A stretch of DNA of 63,603 nt, filler included, from Choristocarpus tenellus KU-1152 (GCA_964200185.2; 9 parts of 9 records of this genome joined end to end with filler, not necessarily neighbours in it); one strand, 5' to 3'. Counted from the whole stretch's first letter, positions 11,340-26,159 are shown. Made by a program: numbers and translations. The notes: generated from the letters alone by a model not told the origin.

Positions 11340-12190
11340 GACTACCCCAAAATCTCGAATGTCCACTTGTTTGATTGTCCGTGCTTCGATTGCGCTGAGC
11401 CAAGCCAGCTTTGCTTTCGGGAGATGGTACAAAACATCAGTCCTGCTTCACTCTTTGACAGTTGTTTCTAAGCTTGCAAACTTGTCAGCTACTTGAGAGT
11501 ACGACGATGGAGGAATCGAGAACACCGAAGAGGCTGCTCCTTTCCTCACGGCCCCCGATGCGCTGCCCCCTCCCATAAACCCATCGTCATCCTCTTCACC
11601 CGAGCGTTCATGTCCTCTAGTGTCGCATTGGCCACTTCATTTGTTGTCTTTCACATCAATCGAGGCTCTTGCTGCGTTGATGGAAGCCTGAGCGACTTTC
11701 CACCGGGTTTGAGGTGCAGAGCGTCAAGAGCATTAGAGAGGTCCTCATTAATATAGAGGGACACCTTGTGTGGGAGTTACCACTACGAAAAAAATGGTCA
11801 CTCATGATACTACAGTACACAGTATAGACATTACATAACGACAGAAACGAGCACAAAATTTCAAAAATCTCGATCATGATCCTCATCAGCAGACAGTGCA
11901 TAAAGACAATTCAATCACGATCACAATCAACCTACTTTCAGACTTTCAATCCACACGCTGACGTGCCTCGTTATGTTTGATGCCCCTCGTAGACTTGGTA
12001 TCGGGCTTAGCGTCTGTATTTTCTTCATGATGGTTCTTGCCTCCTTCAACTTGTAGATGGTGCTGTGACCGATTCCAAACTTTTGAGCAATCGCAGTTTC
12101 GGTCATGGTCTTCGGGAGTTTCAATGCTTCCACCTTCTCTGCAAAGCTCAAGCGTTTACGATTGTCGGCATCGCGAGGCTTGTAGGACGC
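11340..12190 (-). pseudogene. pogo/Tigger-like transposase remnant (CENP-B-type N-terminal HTH and C-terminal tail; no DDE core seen)
   Basis: The minus strand from ~12160 reads RKRLSFAEKVEALKLPKTMTETAIAQKFGIGHSTIYKLK (CENP-B_N/HTH_psq-like). At ~11400-11350 it reads LSAIEARTIKQVDIRDF, like the KQxxIxDF tail of pogo transposases. Stops and frameshifts lie between. CCTCTCTTATATCCCG motifs at ~10728 and ~12757. Confidence 0.75.
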
Positions 12191-14913
12191 GGCTCTCTAC
12201 GTAGTTTAGCAGCACCTTCCCCTTGCCCTTGTTCTTGTTATCACGGCGCTTCGACGCCGTGTTGTCACTGGCTGGAGGGCTCGAAGCCTTGCGCTTGGTG
12301 GGGATCACGCACAATTTGCACACGCGTTTCATTTCGCTAGTGCAAAAGGATCCACGACGTTGCAAATGCCATGAAGATAGCAGCTACAAACGTGACACTT
12401 ATGGTGTGTATAGTGTGGTGACCAGGAGTATTAATTACCCTGCATGTTGCAGCTGGATCCCACTGTGCAGGGCATCGTTGTATCTGTACAATGCAGTGGT
12501 CTAAACCTTGATCTGATATACTTTATGTACTCTACTGTGCAGTACTGAGAGACAAAAGACTGCTATGTTGTGTACTGGTGTTGTCGAACTTTGTGCGATA
12601 GTTTGATATATTTTGGTTAACGTTAGATATGACTTTTTGTGAAACCCCTCAGTTAAGTAGTGAAAAAAATGTAAGTTTGCTCGATGTAGGAGAGAATTGT
12701 GAGGAAAACGCCTCAACCTCTCTTATGGCCTGCAAAGTAGTGACACTGCAATTTATCCTCTCTTATATCCCGTTTTCTCTAATATCGACCCCTCTTATAT
12801 AATTTCACCTAATATATAAAATAGTATAATACAAAACGCACAACGAGGAAAGAGACAAGAAGAAAAGTTTCTAGCACATCAGAAGTGAACTGACAATAAA
12901 ATCAACGTGACACAGAAAAAGGAGAAGTTTTAACTAAAAGGGATCTATGTCGGTTAGTTTCAGCATGGAGGATGGCAACAACCGAGTAGTCCAAGAAACA
13001 AAAAAATATGCACTCACAACAGTGACACATCAGAATATTCTGGTCGATATATATGTACATACTCCCACACACCAACATAGAAACCCACCACAGTTAAGGT
13101 ATGTAACGATTTCCCTACCGATAAATTGAGGATAAACAGCCATGGGTAATGACATCATCAAACTATAATTCTTTATTTATACTCTGATAACCGATCAGAA
13201 ATGCTACTCAAATACTACTCTTGCAGTCGAAGAATTATACTTGAGACAATGATATCTGAATCTTAATACAGTAATAGGGACAAAAAAATGCTATAGGCAC
13301 CACCGGAGAAGACATAATGTTTCGTCTCTCTCATCTCTAATCCGTTGTACAGTATTTTTGGTCACTCGAAGCATAGTCCTCTAATGTGGTAAAATGAGAG
13401 GAAGGCACCTCTTATATTGAGGGTGAACATGGCACCTCCGTTGCAACCAATCGAAGAATAATTGAGAGGACTGTGGTCTGGCAGACGTGCGGGTAATCTA
13501 GGAGAACCCTGGAACTTCGTTGTCCCTCCCAAGTGCAGTTGCACGGGTACGAGGTAGTGTTGATCGGAACTCCTGTCCCACTCACGGCTTGATTTTGTGC
13601 AAGAGTATTCTGAAAGCGCCTTCGTTTGACAAGTAGCGTTGATGTGTCTCACTACTGAGTAAGAGTTTATCGGCAGTGAGGCATGCGGCAAGATGTTCCA
13701 GTAACCCTACGAGGAGTTGTGGAGGCAAAATCTATCTTTCACTAGGTCCGCCTGTTTGGTGCAAAATAGATACTTGAAGAATAGTCGAGGTGCTCAAGAC
13801 CCCACCTTAGCAAGGAGGAGGCAAGGGAAAGAGGTGTCTGTTCATCCATGGGAGTGGACAATCCCCTTCAATTGCCAAGGGAGCAGCGAGCTGATCCCCA
13901 GTTGGTGAGATCAAAAAGACTGCGATTGGAGGGAGGAGACTGTAGGGGTGAAGAGGGGTATGCGGTAGACTCTTCTAAGTTTTTGTTATTAGATGAGAGT
14001 GAAAAACGAAAGGTTCGAGCATCTGCCCACCTAGGTTGGAGAGGTGCATAGATCGAACCAATATTTTCCAATTGGGTAGGTTTGTGTTGACTCCACATAT
14101 CACATTCGGCCTCAATTCCCTATTTTGAGGGTATTGGCTGTCTTACGCTTCTGTTGCATCATATGTTAAGTTGTTTGTTGATTTCGAGTTGGCCTATTGG
14201 AAGGGGGTGCCAAAGGTTTGCGCACACCTTCTGAGCGTTAGCGCTTGCAATTTTATGTTGGAAGGGGTCGACAAAGAAGTCTCGCCAACCTTGGACCAGA
14301 TTGGAGGAGCGTCAACCTTTTAATGAATTCCTGGTTTGTGGATTTCGGTCCTTACAGTGCAGCAATATGTCAATATGCAATAGGACACTCTTGTGCAAGA
14401 CCCCCTGAGTGTACCCTAACCCCCCTGCACATCCTTCTCCAACACTTCTACATGCAGCACCGATGAAAAGTCCTGTTCCTTTTTCTGCCAAAGCAACCTC
14501 CTCCAACCCCCATATCCACCTTCACTTGCTTTGTTCTAGTCCTCGAAAAATCTCCCCTCCCCTCCCCTTCTCCCCACTTCCTCCAGATGCAATAATGCCA
14601 TCATTACCACTCCTTGTGTCTCTGACCCTACTCCAACCCCTCCCTTCTTACGTGGATGTTCCACCCCCTATTCCACTACTACACTGAGTGTCATTTGCCT
14701 CCCCCTAGGTGTTGAAGTCCCCCCCCCCCAACCCTTCCCCTTTCCCCCTGTGCCCACATACCACTGTCCACCCNNNNNNNNNNNNNNNNNNNNNNNNNNN
14801 NNNNNNNNNNNNNNNNNTTAATTAATTAANNNNNNNNNNNNNNNNNNNNNNNNNNNNNNNNNNNNNNNNNNNNCACCCCCCTCCCCCCACCTAACTCCAC
14901 CTCGGTACATTAG

Positions 14914-17900
14914 CTGAGCTGGAAGTCTGAGGGATTGACTTCCTATGTTTCAGTCATACTAAGGCCACCCACAAGGGAAGAATTGGATGCAGATGATATT
15001 TTCTGGACTCTTGGGGATGGACTTGCAACAGAGGGTTCGCTCAAGACAAGCCTTCCCAGTGACCTCAAATTTCCACCTGGGAAAGGATATTATGTAGAGG
15101 TATGTCATTTGCTTGTCTTACATCAATAACTACACCTGGTGTTCTTTGTGTGGATTAATTTGCATGCCATGTTCTCCGTCATTAAAGTCTAATCACTTCA
15201 AAAAAAATGTCCAATCACTTCAAAAAAAATGTCCGCCTTGAACAAACCCTCTACTGTAGTCCGGAAAGAATGGGAAATTCCATCAAGGAAACCTATCAAC
15301 ACTAAAATCCATCTAATGGGAGATGATGGAAGGGGAAGATCTCATGGTTGCACTCAAGAAGGCCTCTCCATGCTATGGAACTCCAATGTTTTACCAGTTT
15401 TTTACATTAAATTCTTGTCCGATTGATCTCCGTCCCTCCCCAATGTCACTTGTCAATCAAACCATGTCTTTCTCAAGATGAGGGAACAAGCAAGGGATTG
15501 CCAAAAAATACTCATAAGAACAGGAGATTAACAGAAGATACCCATATCCTACTTAGAAGTATTTATTACCATGATTCCTCTCAAACACAGTTATATGATA
15601 ATGTTTCTAACCACAAAAACACATGTGAGTTCTCGATGTAGGAAATTCTGTTCAAGAAGGCATTCTTCAGCATTTTTATTCTTGATGCCACCCAATAAGA
15701 TCTACCTCAATTTTGTGCATGGGATGCCATCCAAACACAACAGATCACCCAAGCACTATTCTGTACCAGCCCCCTATATCCAATATTGTACGTAGAATAT
15801 CTTGATCCTGCCTAATCCACCTTCCACACAACCCCGAAAATAATGTTCTCCTACCCCTATCTAGGTCTACGACGCCTCTGGCATGGCCGTGGGGAGGGGT
15901 CCAGAACTCGAGCTTCAAAACGCCCAGTCGATCACGCTGTTGGCAGTGCCGCTCACTCAGGTTAAGGGCTCCTCTGCTAGTGTACCCTGGTCAGCCACTG
16001 GTTATGACTTTCCGGTTAGTCATACATGCACCCCTTTTCCCTCTCACATATCCCCTTTGTCAGAGTGTCAACGTAGTGGCTCCTGTACAACAATGCCATA
16101 TCATCCTCTCATTTCCAGCTCTTGATTTTCATGTGTCATCTCGCATGTACAATCTGCATGAGGAAAGGTCTTTGAGGAATCCGTGGTAGAGTGTGGACAT
16201 TCTAACATCTTAGGTTGTCCCTTCGTCATATCACATTTACTCATGCTATTTGTTGTCCTTTATAGGAGTTATGTAAGTACAAGTATATTTGATTTGGCAA
16301 AAGGTCAATGTGAGGAACTAGCAAGTACAGCAGTAATGATAGCATATGGTGTATTTAGAGGGCAGAGCTGCGTCCATTTGGGGACAAAATCCAATGTTAT
16401 GATCTTGATGTAATTTTGGCTGTCATGTCTGTTAGGAAGTGTCAATATCCTTGTTCTGGATATATGCATGATACCTACTCCAAAATGTATACATTTTACC
16501 TACTCTGAAACATTTCCGAATAGGATAATGCCATAAAGAATCTTGTGGGATGCCAAGTCCCAAACGGACAAACAGGGGAAACCTCGTACCCTCTCTTAAT
16601 AAGATACTTTCACTCATATGAAACTTGCATACGCCAAGATTGAACAAGCCTCATAGAACATGGCATATACCTAAGTCCTTGCCACTCTCTATCTGATCTC
16701 TCTTCCCCTTCCATCTACTGGAGAAAAAAGTATTAAACACTGTGTGAATGAAGGGCTAGTAGCATCATTTGATATTACCTCCTCTCACCTCTAACTCACC
16801 TCACCCACAACACAGGTGCCTTAAACCTACTGACAAGCCCACCCCAAGTCCTGCAACCAGTCATACCATCATGGACATCTGTGTTAGTACTCAAAACCTA
16901 TTCCCACCCTCAAATCGGTCCAAACCCTCAACTTAAGTTTCATTTTCCATTTTTCCTCACACACACAGATTCGTGTCCAGTTATTCCGTGGTGTCCCATA
17001 TTCAGTTACCCTGGACAGACGACAATGCATACCTTTCGAGAGCCCCAGTGACGGCAGGCAAGCTGCTCGCCAGCCAATGTGCAGCAGCAACCACAAAAGA
17101 GAATAGCCCTGCTTTTGTCATTATCATTGTATCCACTTATTATATCCGAAAGGTAGTAGCATCAAGAAAGAATGAGGGTATAGATTACCTCATGGGGGCT
17201 GTACACAAGGACAGAGGACATGAGAGTAACACATACCAAGCGTTACCGTTGACTAGTACAGGTTGGCATCATTTTCGTCTCTACAACACTTTGTTTGTAT
17301 CCTTCCATTAATCTTTCCCCAGTACTGATTGATTATGTCAATGTGTCTAAGGCCGTCTGCATGAGGTAGCTGTTTGAAATGCCTCAATGCACTAAATTTG
17401 CAGAGATATTACGGCTGCAACGTCTCATGATTTTTTTGTTGAACAATAACCCTGTGCCTAGAACTACAGCCTCCAACCGCTCCTGATCTCACTATTGGAC
17501 TGCTAGAAGGAACTTGGTTACATTCCCAAAGAGTGAACTATACTATAATAGAGTCTGTTACAACCCAGTCTTTATGCAACACCCAACTATATTTCCAAAC
17601 CTTAGGGTGCAAGAATGTGTTGCAGAACCACTATCCCCCATGTTTGATCAGTGCGCAACAAAGCTGAGCGCTGATGGATTGCCTCTCCACTCTTCCTACT
17701 GTATGGATCCCACACACCATATGAAGGCAAGCTCTTACGTGAACCCTAACACTAGCCCTAATAACTCAGATGGTGTTAATGAAGTACCCAAAGTAGGTTG
17801 AATATAGCATGGTGTTCTTGAGTGACTACTGTCAAGGAAAATTGTTTTTTTGTAAGGTATCCATAACTGTCATTCCAGTGGCTTCAGTGGGTCAGCTCAC

Positions 17901-20900
17901 CCCTATCTTCTCGTGGTCATACTCCTATCTTGTTCATACATCCTGAAATAATCAATGGCTACCCACACATGCTTATCCTCCAGTTGGTGTGGCAGTCCAG
18001 AGAGCTATCATCTTCCTTAAATGGAACGGAGGTTGACATTCCAGGGGGGGACTTTGACCTGCCAACTGTGGGGCATAGCTATTTCTGGAAGGCAAGATGG
18101 TATCAATATTGCACAGTATGATATGTACAAAGCCTTCAGAGTAGAAATTTTACTAATCTGTATTACAATGTCCTTGTAAAGTAGAAACTTTGAGGATTAT
18201 TTCAGAGTGCACTTGAGTTTTGATTAGGATATACTTCTTCATATTACACCCGAGACAGAAGTAGAGCAACTGAAAACAGAAATTATTCCCCCAAAAATTG
18301 GTTCAGTAGAGAATATGATGGAAAATTGGTAGTCATGACGACATAAACAATAAAGAGCAGATAGAGGCAGCACAGGATATGCATGGCAGCTAAAATATAC
18401 ATCAGTGGAATCCCCAATGTGGCAGTGAATCACTAGGAAGCATTATTATATTACATATTATATTATCATAGTACATTTCCTATCCTACCGCGATGAATAC
18501 CCATGAAGAGGCCACGTGGAGGGAATTTTTTTTATGAAAATGAGAAACCTAAACAATTTAATCCCACATAGAAGTGAGTCTCCATCTCCAAGGGTTACAA
18601 AATCAGATACCAACACAAAGCCAGATATTTAGGTATGGGGTGAGGGGATGAAGAAGTTTGAAATATTTTCATTTTGACTCCCATCCCTGGTTGCACTAAA
18701 TACATTAACCGTGCTGGCTCCTAACATCACACACAACTTCAAGCAGGTGACTTCTTCACAGGACCCCCAGGTGCACGATGAAAGTGACGTATTTTCTATC
18801 ACCTTCCCAGATACCATGTTGTCCTTCCAGATCAAGGGTTTAAGTTTTGAGAACTTGCAGGATAACGGTGCAGAGGTATGTAACTACATGCTACTTTCCA
18901 TTGTAGACCCCCCTAGTACCAAAGTCAAGTTCTAAATCTGACCTAACATTCTCATAGCCTCAGCAATTCCTTGGACAAAACTACCTTGGTCTCACTTTCC
19001 CTATCATGTACTCTTGAGAAGTATATATACCTGCTAAAAAAGCAAAAAGAAGTGGAGACCTTAAAAAGCTGAATGGTGACTACTCCTCACATTGCACAAC
19101 TCAGTGGAATTCCTTTTCTACATTTGAATATACGCATCCCATGCATATGATGTATACAATATTTTTCGAGATGTGGGTAGTTATGATAAGGCTCAGAATC
19201 TGCTGCTCTCAATCAAGACTGTTGACTCCACATCTTCACTGTGGTCCACGACAAAAAATAAGAAGGATTTCAATTCAGTCACAGGAGCAGGCACAAATAC
19301 TGATGTGTTATCCTTAATCCCCTTCCCCAATATACACACCGTCGAATTTATGCACGTATGCATGCATGATGCAGGAGCTGATTGATGCCATCGAGAGTAC
19401 CCTCAACCTTGAAGAAGGAAGGCTTGCTCTCGTGTCACTCAATGACATTGTTTATCAACCAGATGGTTCTCCTACAGAGGACGAAGGGCAGGAGCAGGGC
19501 CAAGGGAAGGGTCGAAAGCTTTGGAGGGGAAGACAGGGAGAACGTATGCTAGCGACTGAAAGCAATAGTGAGGGTGATGTAACAGATCATCAGCCTGTCC
19601 GTGTTACACTCAAGGTAGGGATTATTATGTCATGGAGGAGAAGGTGATAGCTCTGTAACTATTTCATTGGATTGGATGGGGGTCCTTCTCCAATGGGTAT
19701 AGAGGTTTAGGAAATGATGAAGAGAATAACCCTTGATGAGAAACGGGCTTGTGAATGGCTAAGAGAGTCAATCACAAACACGAGCCCCATTCACAGCTGA
19801 CAGGTATATGTTTAGTATCAAGCACTGTCCCACTCCCCCTGTAACGTGTATCATCATGAGCTATTTGCTGCACTATCTTTGAGTGTATTCTGCAATGTTT
19901 CTATTGTCCAACACTAGTGCATCTCTTACATAATTCACACCGGTCCACACCTAATTGTATGTCTTCGCACTCACCGTATGCTATCGCCAGATGTCAGGAA
20001 GTTATTCCATTGATGAGCCATCTGCACGTGAAACTGTTGATCTCATGGGTCTAAAATGCGAGCTTGGAGAGCTAGTCGATTTATATCTCAGCTCGTCAGA
20101 GGTGAGGCAATAAGCAAAAGGGTGGGAACACAAATTCCACTAATCCAGGATGTATCAGAAAATTGTATAAGATAATGAAACCTTAATCAGGAGGGATGTC
20201 ACAACGGCTGCTGTTCTCACTTGTTGGGCTTGTCCCAGGCTCAAGCCTATTACAACTCAACTCACAATAACTTAAAGAATCCCACACTAACTCCCACTCC
20301 CGCCTCTTGTAAAACCTATCCACCTATTCTATTGCTCATCTATTTCCTTACACTGCCCCTTAACTAGCTTTAATATATGACGCCCATGTTGAAATAACAA
20401 TGCCCTGCTTGCATTTGCCCTGTTTTTGACATCAACTGAACTCACCTTGTAGAGTACTAGAGTACATCTACTTATACCCTCCCCGTACATGACAGTTGAT
20501 GAATGTATGGAGTACCCCTCTTGATTGCAACCATTTTAACCCTGAAATCTGTTGGCTTTGGGGTGGGTGCCTAACCCTGCACAATTTGCACAGGTGGACT
20601 GTGACAGTATAGAAGTCACGAGTGAGGACACTGATTACCAGTACTCCTACCAAAGGTTCGGGAACATTGTGGCTGAGGGCTGTTGCGTGTTGGGGGGAAG
20701 GGGTGTGGCGACTTGACCTGGAAGACAGAGTACTAATGCGGAAACTTATTGTTCAAGGGAGTTTGTTGCGGTTGAACCAGCAAGAATATTTTGGATCACA
20801 GGGGGAGGGGAGGATTGAAAGGTACAGGATACTGGTTCATTGGGGAACAGCTCAACAAGGGATAGTAACCTTCTTGAAGACTGCCTTTCTATCATCTAGT

Positions 20901-21686
20901 AGGCCAAGACTTTTATTTCAACTTACTGAAAATATCAAAATGCTCACTAGGTCGAACGACCAACATGACAAACATGGACAACATAAATAACATTATACAT
21001 TATAAGAAGTCTGTGCTAAGAAACATCATGTATCCATTACATTGACCTCAGAAGGTTCCAATGATACTTCTCAAGAATTTGTAGAATCGTCCACATGCTT
21101 CAGATGTCTTTGAGGATTTCATCTCTCGATTGCCCAAACATCCCTATTTCTCAACCTCTACCCTAGATTGCCTCCAATCGTCCCCCCTCAGACAATCATT
21201 TCCTTTTTTTGAGACACTGAATCAACCCCCCCTTTGCTAATATTCTTCCACCTTCTCATTCCACAAATCCAACCAACATCCACCCTCCACAGCATTGTGG
21301 GTCGCACCTCATCAGACAGGAGGGGCACTGCCTCTGGCACACTAGTCCTTGCATCCGGTGGACTCATGATTGCCATAATTGCTATTGGCATCGCAAGTGG
21401 ACTGTGAGGCAAAATGCAAAGACTGAGTACTTTCATATCTCTTTTTTTCTTATTTTTGCATACAGGTTGATTCATTGTCGTTAATATATTTCTATTGCCA
21501 TTTTCCTGGATCCTCGACTTTGGCATATTATTCAATACTCCTCATCAACGATCACAATTGAAGCCCCATATCACGTCACCCCATCATCCCTATCATGGCA
21601 CACTCTCCACTCTCTACAGGGTCATAGTCAGATCCAGAAGAAAGACTGGAGGAGGACAAGGAGGATTCTTCAGTCATCTGAGGTGA
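14914..21686 (+). CDS. Multi-exon single-pass (type I) membrane/surface protein, 5' end missing; Ig-like (Kre9/KNH, GPI Ser-Thr-rich type) repeats, SEA-like stalk, C-terminal TM helix
   Basis: Candidate exons 14914-15099 (LSWKSEGLTSYVSVIL...PGKGYYVE), 15865-15960, ~17984-18091, ~18763-18876 (DPQVHDESDVFSITF), ~19375-19614, ~19990-20101, ~20595-20656, ~21293-21403 and ~21620-21686. The last junction gives LVLASGGLMIAIIAIGIASGLVIV-RSRRK...*. Exons between 15961 and 17980 are not resolved. Confidence 0.75.
16345..16615 (+). mobile_element. MITE family A, intronic copy with decayed left TIR
   Basis: TTAGAGGGCAGAGCTGCGTCCATTTGGGG...TACCCTCT..TAAGATACTTTCACTC. Confidence 0.85.
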
Positions 21687-22673
21687 CAGCAGGATTGAGA
21701 CATTGATCATATATAAGATCAATCACAGAGTAGAAGCCTCAATCGTTTTTTTCTTCCAATTAGACTCTCTCATCTTGATAGTGCATGATTTTGTCATTCA
21801 TCAATAAAATAGAATTTCGTTATAGGTGCAGTCATACATTGCCAACTACACATTTAAGTAATTTCGTAAATACATGCTGGATGCTTTTTAGTCTGTATCA
21901 ATGGTCACTGCTTGAACTATCCTAACTCAACCACTGTGAATTAATAGTCAAGCAATTGCATCAACTTTTGAATTCAATCCTTGAGACTGTAACCTATGAC
22001 ATCATTTTTGCTCTAATGTGGAGCAAGATGATCGACACCTTTTGCAATCAATCACTGGTTTGGTCTTCGTTTTCGAACCTCCCACTGTCCACCAATTGAG
22101 TGTTCTACAGGTAGCCTTTCAAAGAACATATGCTGCAAAAATTTCTATATTTTGGCTGTAAGAGTGTTTTAACAAACAACAAAGAATATCAGTTTCTAGG
22201 ATCAATTTTACTCCAAAGTTGTATCTGATCAAATCTGTAGTTAGAGTGCAATGCACTGAGTTCAGTCACCAAAAACAGGGACTAGACTTTTTGGGAACCT
22301 TGAGTTTCTTTGAACATGGACATTAAGAAGTATAAATATTAATATGTAGGGTATCCTTCCCAGTCAATGTGGTTTGAATTTTTTCCAATCATGAAATCAG
22401 GTACACTCAGCCAGGAGAGTTCCAAGATTCCGTGTCTATTGATGGCGAGGATGACTTTGGACATGTGAGTTCATGCTCATCTTGTCGTCCCCTCCTACCC
22501 TTTTGATTAATCGTTCAACAAGTCCGTTGTGTAGGTCTTGATAATATGCAGCCATGTGTAGTGTAGTGGAATTAAAAGGGGGTACATTAAGTACAACAAG
22601 GTATTCAATAGTGATATAGTTCGTACCACTTGTAGTTTCTTCAATTCTGAAGCACATGCTTGACCGAATTTCT

Positions 22674-22931
22674 GAAGTAAAGTATCTTAGAGGGTAGAGT
22701 CGCGTCCATTTGGGGGCCAAAATCCAACGTTGCGATTTTGATGTAATTTTGGTTACCATGGTTGTTGGAATGTGTCAATATCCTTGTTCCGGACACACTT
22801 TTGCATAAGGTATACATATTACCTACGCCAAAACATTTCGGGGTAGTAAAATGTCATAAAAACGTCGTTGGAGGCCAAGCCCCAAATGGACAAGCAGGGT
22901 AAAAATCGTACCCTCTAAGATACTTTCACTC
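22674..22931 (+). mobile_element. MITE family A
   Basis: TIRs AAAGTATCTTAGAGGGTA and TACCCTCTAAGATACTTT; TCT/TCT flanks. Confidence 0.9.
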
Positions 22932-25900
22932 TCTAATTCAGATACCCTTTTATCAAACGTCCCTGCAGTTGCAGAGTCCTCGCAATCAAAATGACCCCTG
23001 TGAGTTTTCGCCACCCGAGCCAGAGTGCTTGAGACAGCCACAAAGCAATTTCCGTGATACTGCATCCAGCATTGTGTCAAGGATATTAAGTGGTGAGTCT
23101 AACAAAGATAGTTTGTTGAGCGAAATATTGACTGGTAAATGATTTGGTGTGATTGAGTCCCAACAATATTTAAGAAGTATCAATACAATATGGTGTCCCC
23201 TTCCCTATAGATATTTTTTTACTCATTACTTCTGTTCTCCTTATGCACTCTTGCATTATCTGCAATTGTTGCATTTCTGTATCTCTTTTTTGTGAGATAC
23301 TCCATGGTACATTTATAATTATTACATATGACTTTCTAATTGCCTTCCCAACAAAGGTCTCATCATGTTGTATTTTTCTTTTTTCTTAAACATAAGGTCT
23401 TCAAGTATCAATTACATCGTGTATTGAACTAATGAGTGTTAAACAATCAAACCAATCAATCAGTGGAAATATAGTGTTTCCCACAAGTTGTGAGAATTTT
23501 TTTTGTTATTGTATTTCTCAAGTGCAAACTGTTCCTAAAAATACCACCAGATCATAGGAATTTAACTTATTTCCCATGTTAGTTCAGAGTTGGAACTGGT
23601 CCATTGTTTCATTCAATTATATGCTCTGTCGTACATAATACCTAACCAATAATATACAACCAATAATATACCGAGTATATAATCTGTAATTTGAACCCCT
23701 TTTGCCTCTATTCAGTTATGATTAACACAATATATATATCAAGTATATTGCATTGGTAGTACAGTAAGGTAGAACAATGAAAGCACTCACATCATAGTAA
23801 AAAGGTCTAACCCATAATTTCAGCATAGAATGTACAGTAAAGTGCACTAGTTCATTAGAGACATGCCTGCCTACGGGTTCAGTGTGCGTACCCTACTAGT
23901 CTCAAGTGGAAACAACCATTTGGCGTCTAATCACTTCAAGCATGGACCCTTTCCTGGAATATCTATTTGTCTTCCAGCAGTTCAATTACTGCTTTCATCC
24001 ATAGACAGTACGTTCATATGAGCCCTTCCACCCTCATCTAAACCTCTATCATACTAGGCAATATAACACAATGTTCTTTCCCTAAGTCGTGTACTCTGAA
24101 CATACGATCCTTGAGTATTTGAGTAGTTCCAGCTAGATTCAATGTGACTCAACCCATTTCGAACATTATCAAGTGTATATTATTTTCACCTACGAAATGA
24201 AAGTACAGAAGAGTATACACTTAATTTTCTGATGAAAATGTCGGCAATGGGTTGATATACCGGTATAGGAAAGCAGGTCAGATTAATCCTAGAATAACTG
24301 GTGCAAGGAGTCATAAACGAGAAACTTCAAGATAATGGTATTGGAGTTCATGTGTTGAACCACCTGTTTGAGTGCTTATCTATGATGTTTCTTTATACGT
24401 TGAAATTAGGATGCTATCCATAATAATTGAGTTTCTTGGCACACAATGCTATCACTCGGAGATTACAAAACAATTTTTGCCGTCGCCTCTCAACCTTGTT
24501 GACTTGTTCAAACTTCTCCTTTATACAGGTGGTCAGGAAGAGATTTCAAAAGCTTCCGTTTAGGATTCAAGTACAAGCAACCCATGGAATTTTAGGATGT
24601 AAAATCAAGAGCACACCAAGGTTGGCACTTAGTGCTGGGATGCTTTTGAGAGGCCGAACAATAGTGGCTGCAATGTTATCCAACTATCGCCAATGGCAAC
24701 TATCATAAAATAACGTGAACCGATTGTGATTAAGAATAAGCCATAGGGCTAGGCTATAACAGCTTCAACAGATGGTTACCCGTTAGAGTGTAAAATATCC
24801 ATTCATTTTCTCATCTCATGAACAGTAAAGATAGATGGACAGCCGTCAAACTTCCTTGCCTGAACAAAGGGATGCCCATGTGTGTGTATTGTATTCAGGA
24901 TTATGAATTTGTTGTATAACATCTCTATGGGATGTAGGATGGCATTTCTTGCTCTGTTCTTGGTGTCATCTTGACCTTTAGGAGGGGTGCAAGTAAAAGG
25001 TACAGTAGTACTTCAAAGTAGCGGTGCAACGCTTGAAGGAGTGATAGATCGAGNNNNNNNNNNNNNNNNNNNNNNNNNNNNNNNNNNNNNNNNNNNNTTA
25101 ATTAATTAANNNNNNNNNNNNNNNNNNNNNNNNNNNNNNNNNNNNNNNNNNNNGTGTCGGATTTGAAATGTTAGCAAAAAAAAGAGTTGTTTGACCGAAA
25201 CGGACGCCCCCTCACAAACCAACCCCAGATACTTTGACCCAGTTCTTCCTCGCACAACATCCTCTACCTGTAAATTTTGGCATGTTTTACACCCCTTTCC
25301 CTCCCCTCTCTTTCATTTACCATGTACTTGCCACACACATGGTAAATTAATGCCAAATGTGCCGACTATTTCTCAACTCCAGGATACTGAATGGGACATG
25401 ACAATTGGAGAAAAGAGACCAGAATCACGGACTCTACCTCCGAAGGTAGTAGTGACACTCTTTGCCATGTTCTCACCACGTTTTCCCTCCCCAATTGTAA
25501 CTCTTTTCTACTACTGGCAATACCCTTTCGAGCAGTCATTGCTATCCTGTTGTGGGACGAGTAATTGGTGCATGATAAGGCATTTTTTTTTTGTTACTAT
25601 TTGACAATATCTACCCTGTATTATGCTGATTAGTATCACCCTCTCTCATGCTGAGAAAAAATATATGTCTAGTCTTATCCACTATACGTCTCTTGCTCTT
25701 CAATACCCTCCTCACAATAGGCCAAACCCTCAAGAGGAAAATACAATGCTCGAGATCGGTCTGGGGTCCGAAGTCCTCCACAGGAAAATCCATCTATTGA
25801 ATTAAATTCGCCCATTACACCTGCTGTGGTGCGTGGAAGACGTGCACCTCAAATGTCTGGCAGGAAAGGCTTAGAGTGGCACAAGCGAGCATTTGCCATG

Positions 25901-26159
25901 TCTCCAAGTAGCTCAGTGAGTGACCTCACAGGGTCCATTACAGACAATCTGAATATGCCGAGCACAACTGTGAATTTTCCTGCTATCAAGGGTGCAATAC
26001 TACTTTCACCACTCACGCAGGGTGTGGGGACTGGCCAGCGACATGAAAATATGGGAAACTCTTATGTAGCTCGTGGTGATGCAGGAGGTAAGGCACGAGA
26101 TAGGGACCTGGGGATTAGACGAAACCAAACCAATGGCACAATCTCCATGACAAAGCCCA

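Noticed and set aside
13340-14300. GC-richer, coding-like stretch, possibly TE debris
   Set aside because: No RT, integrase or transposase motif could be read in the frames I examined.
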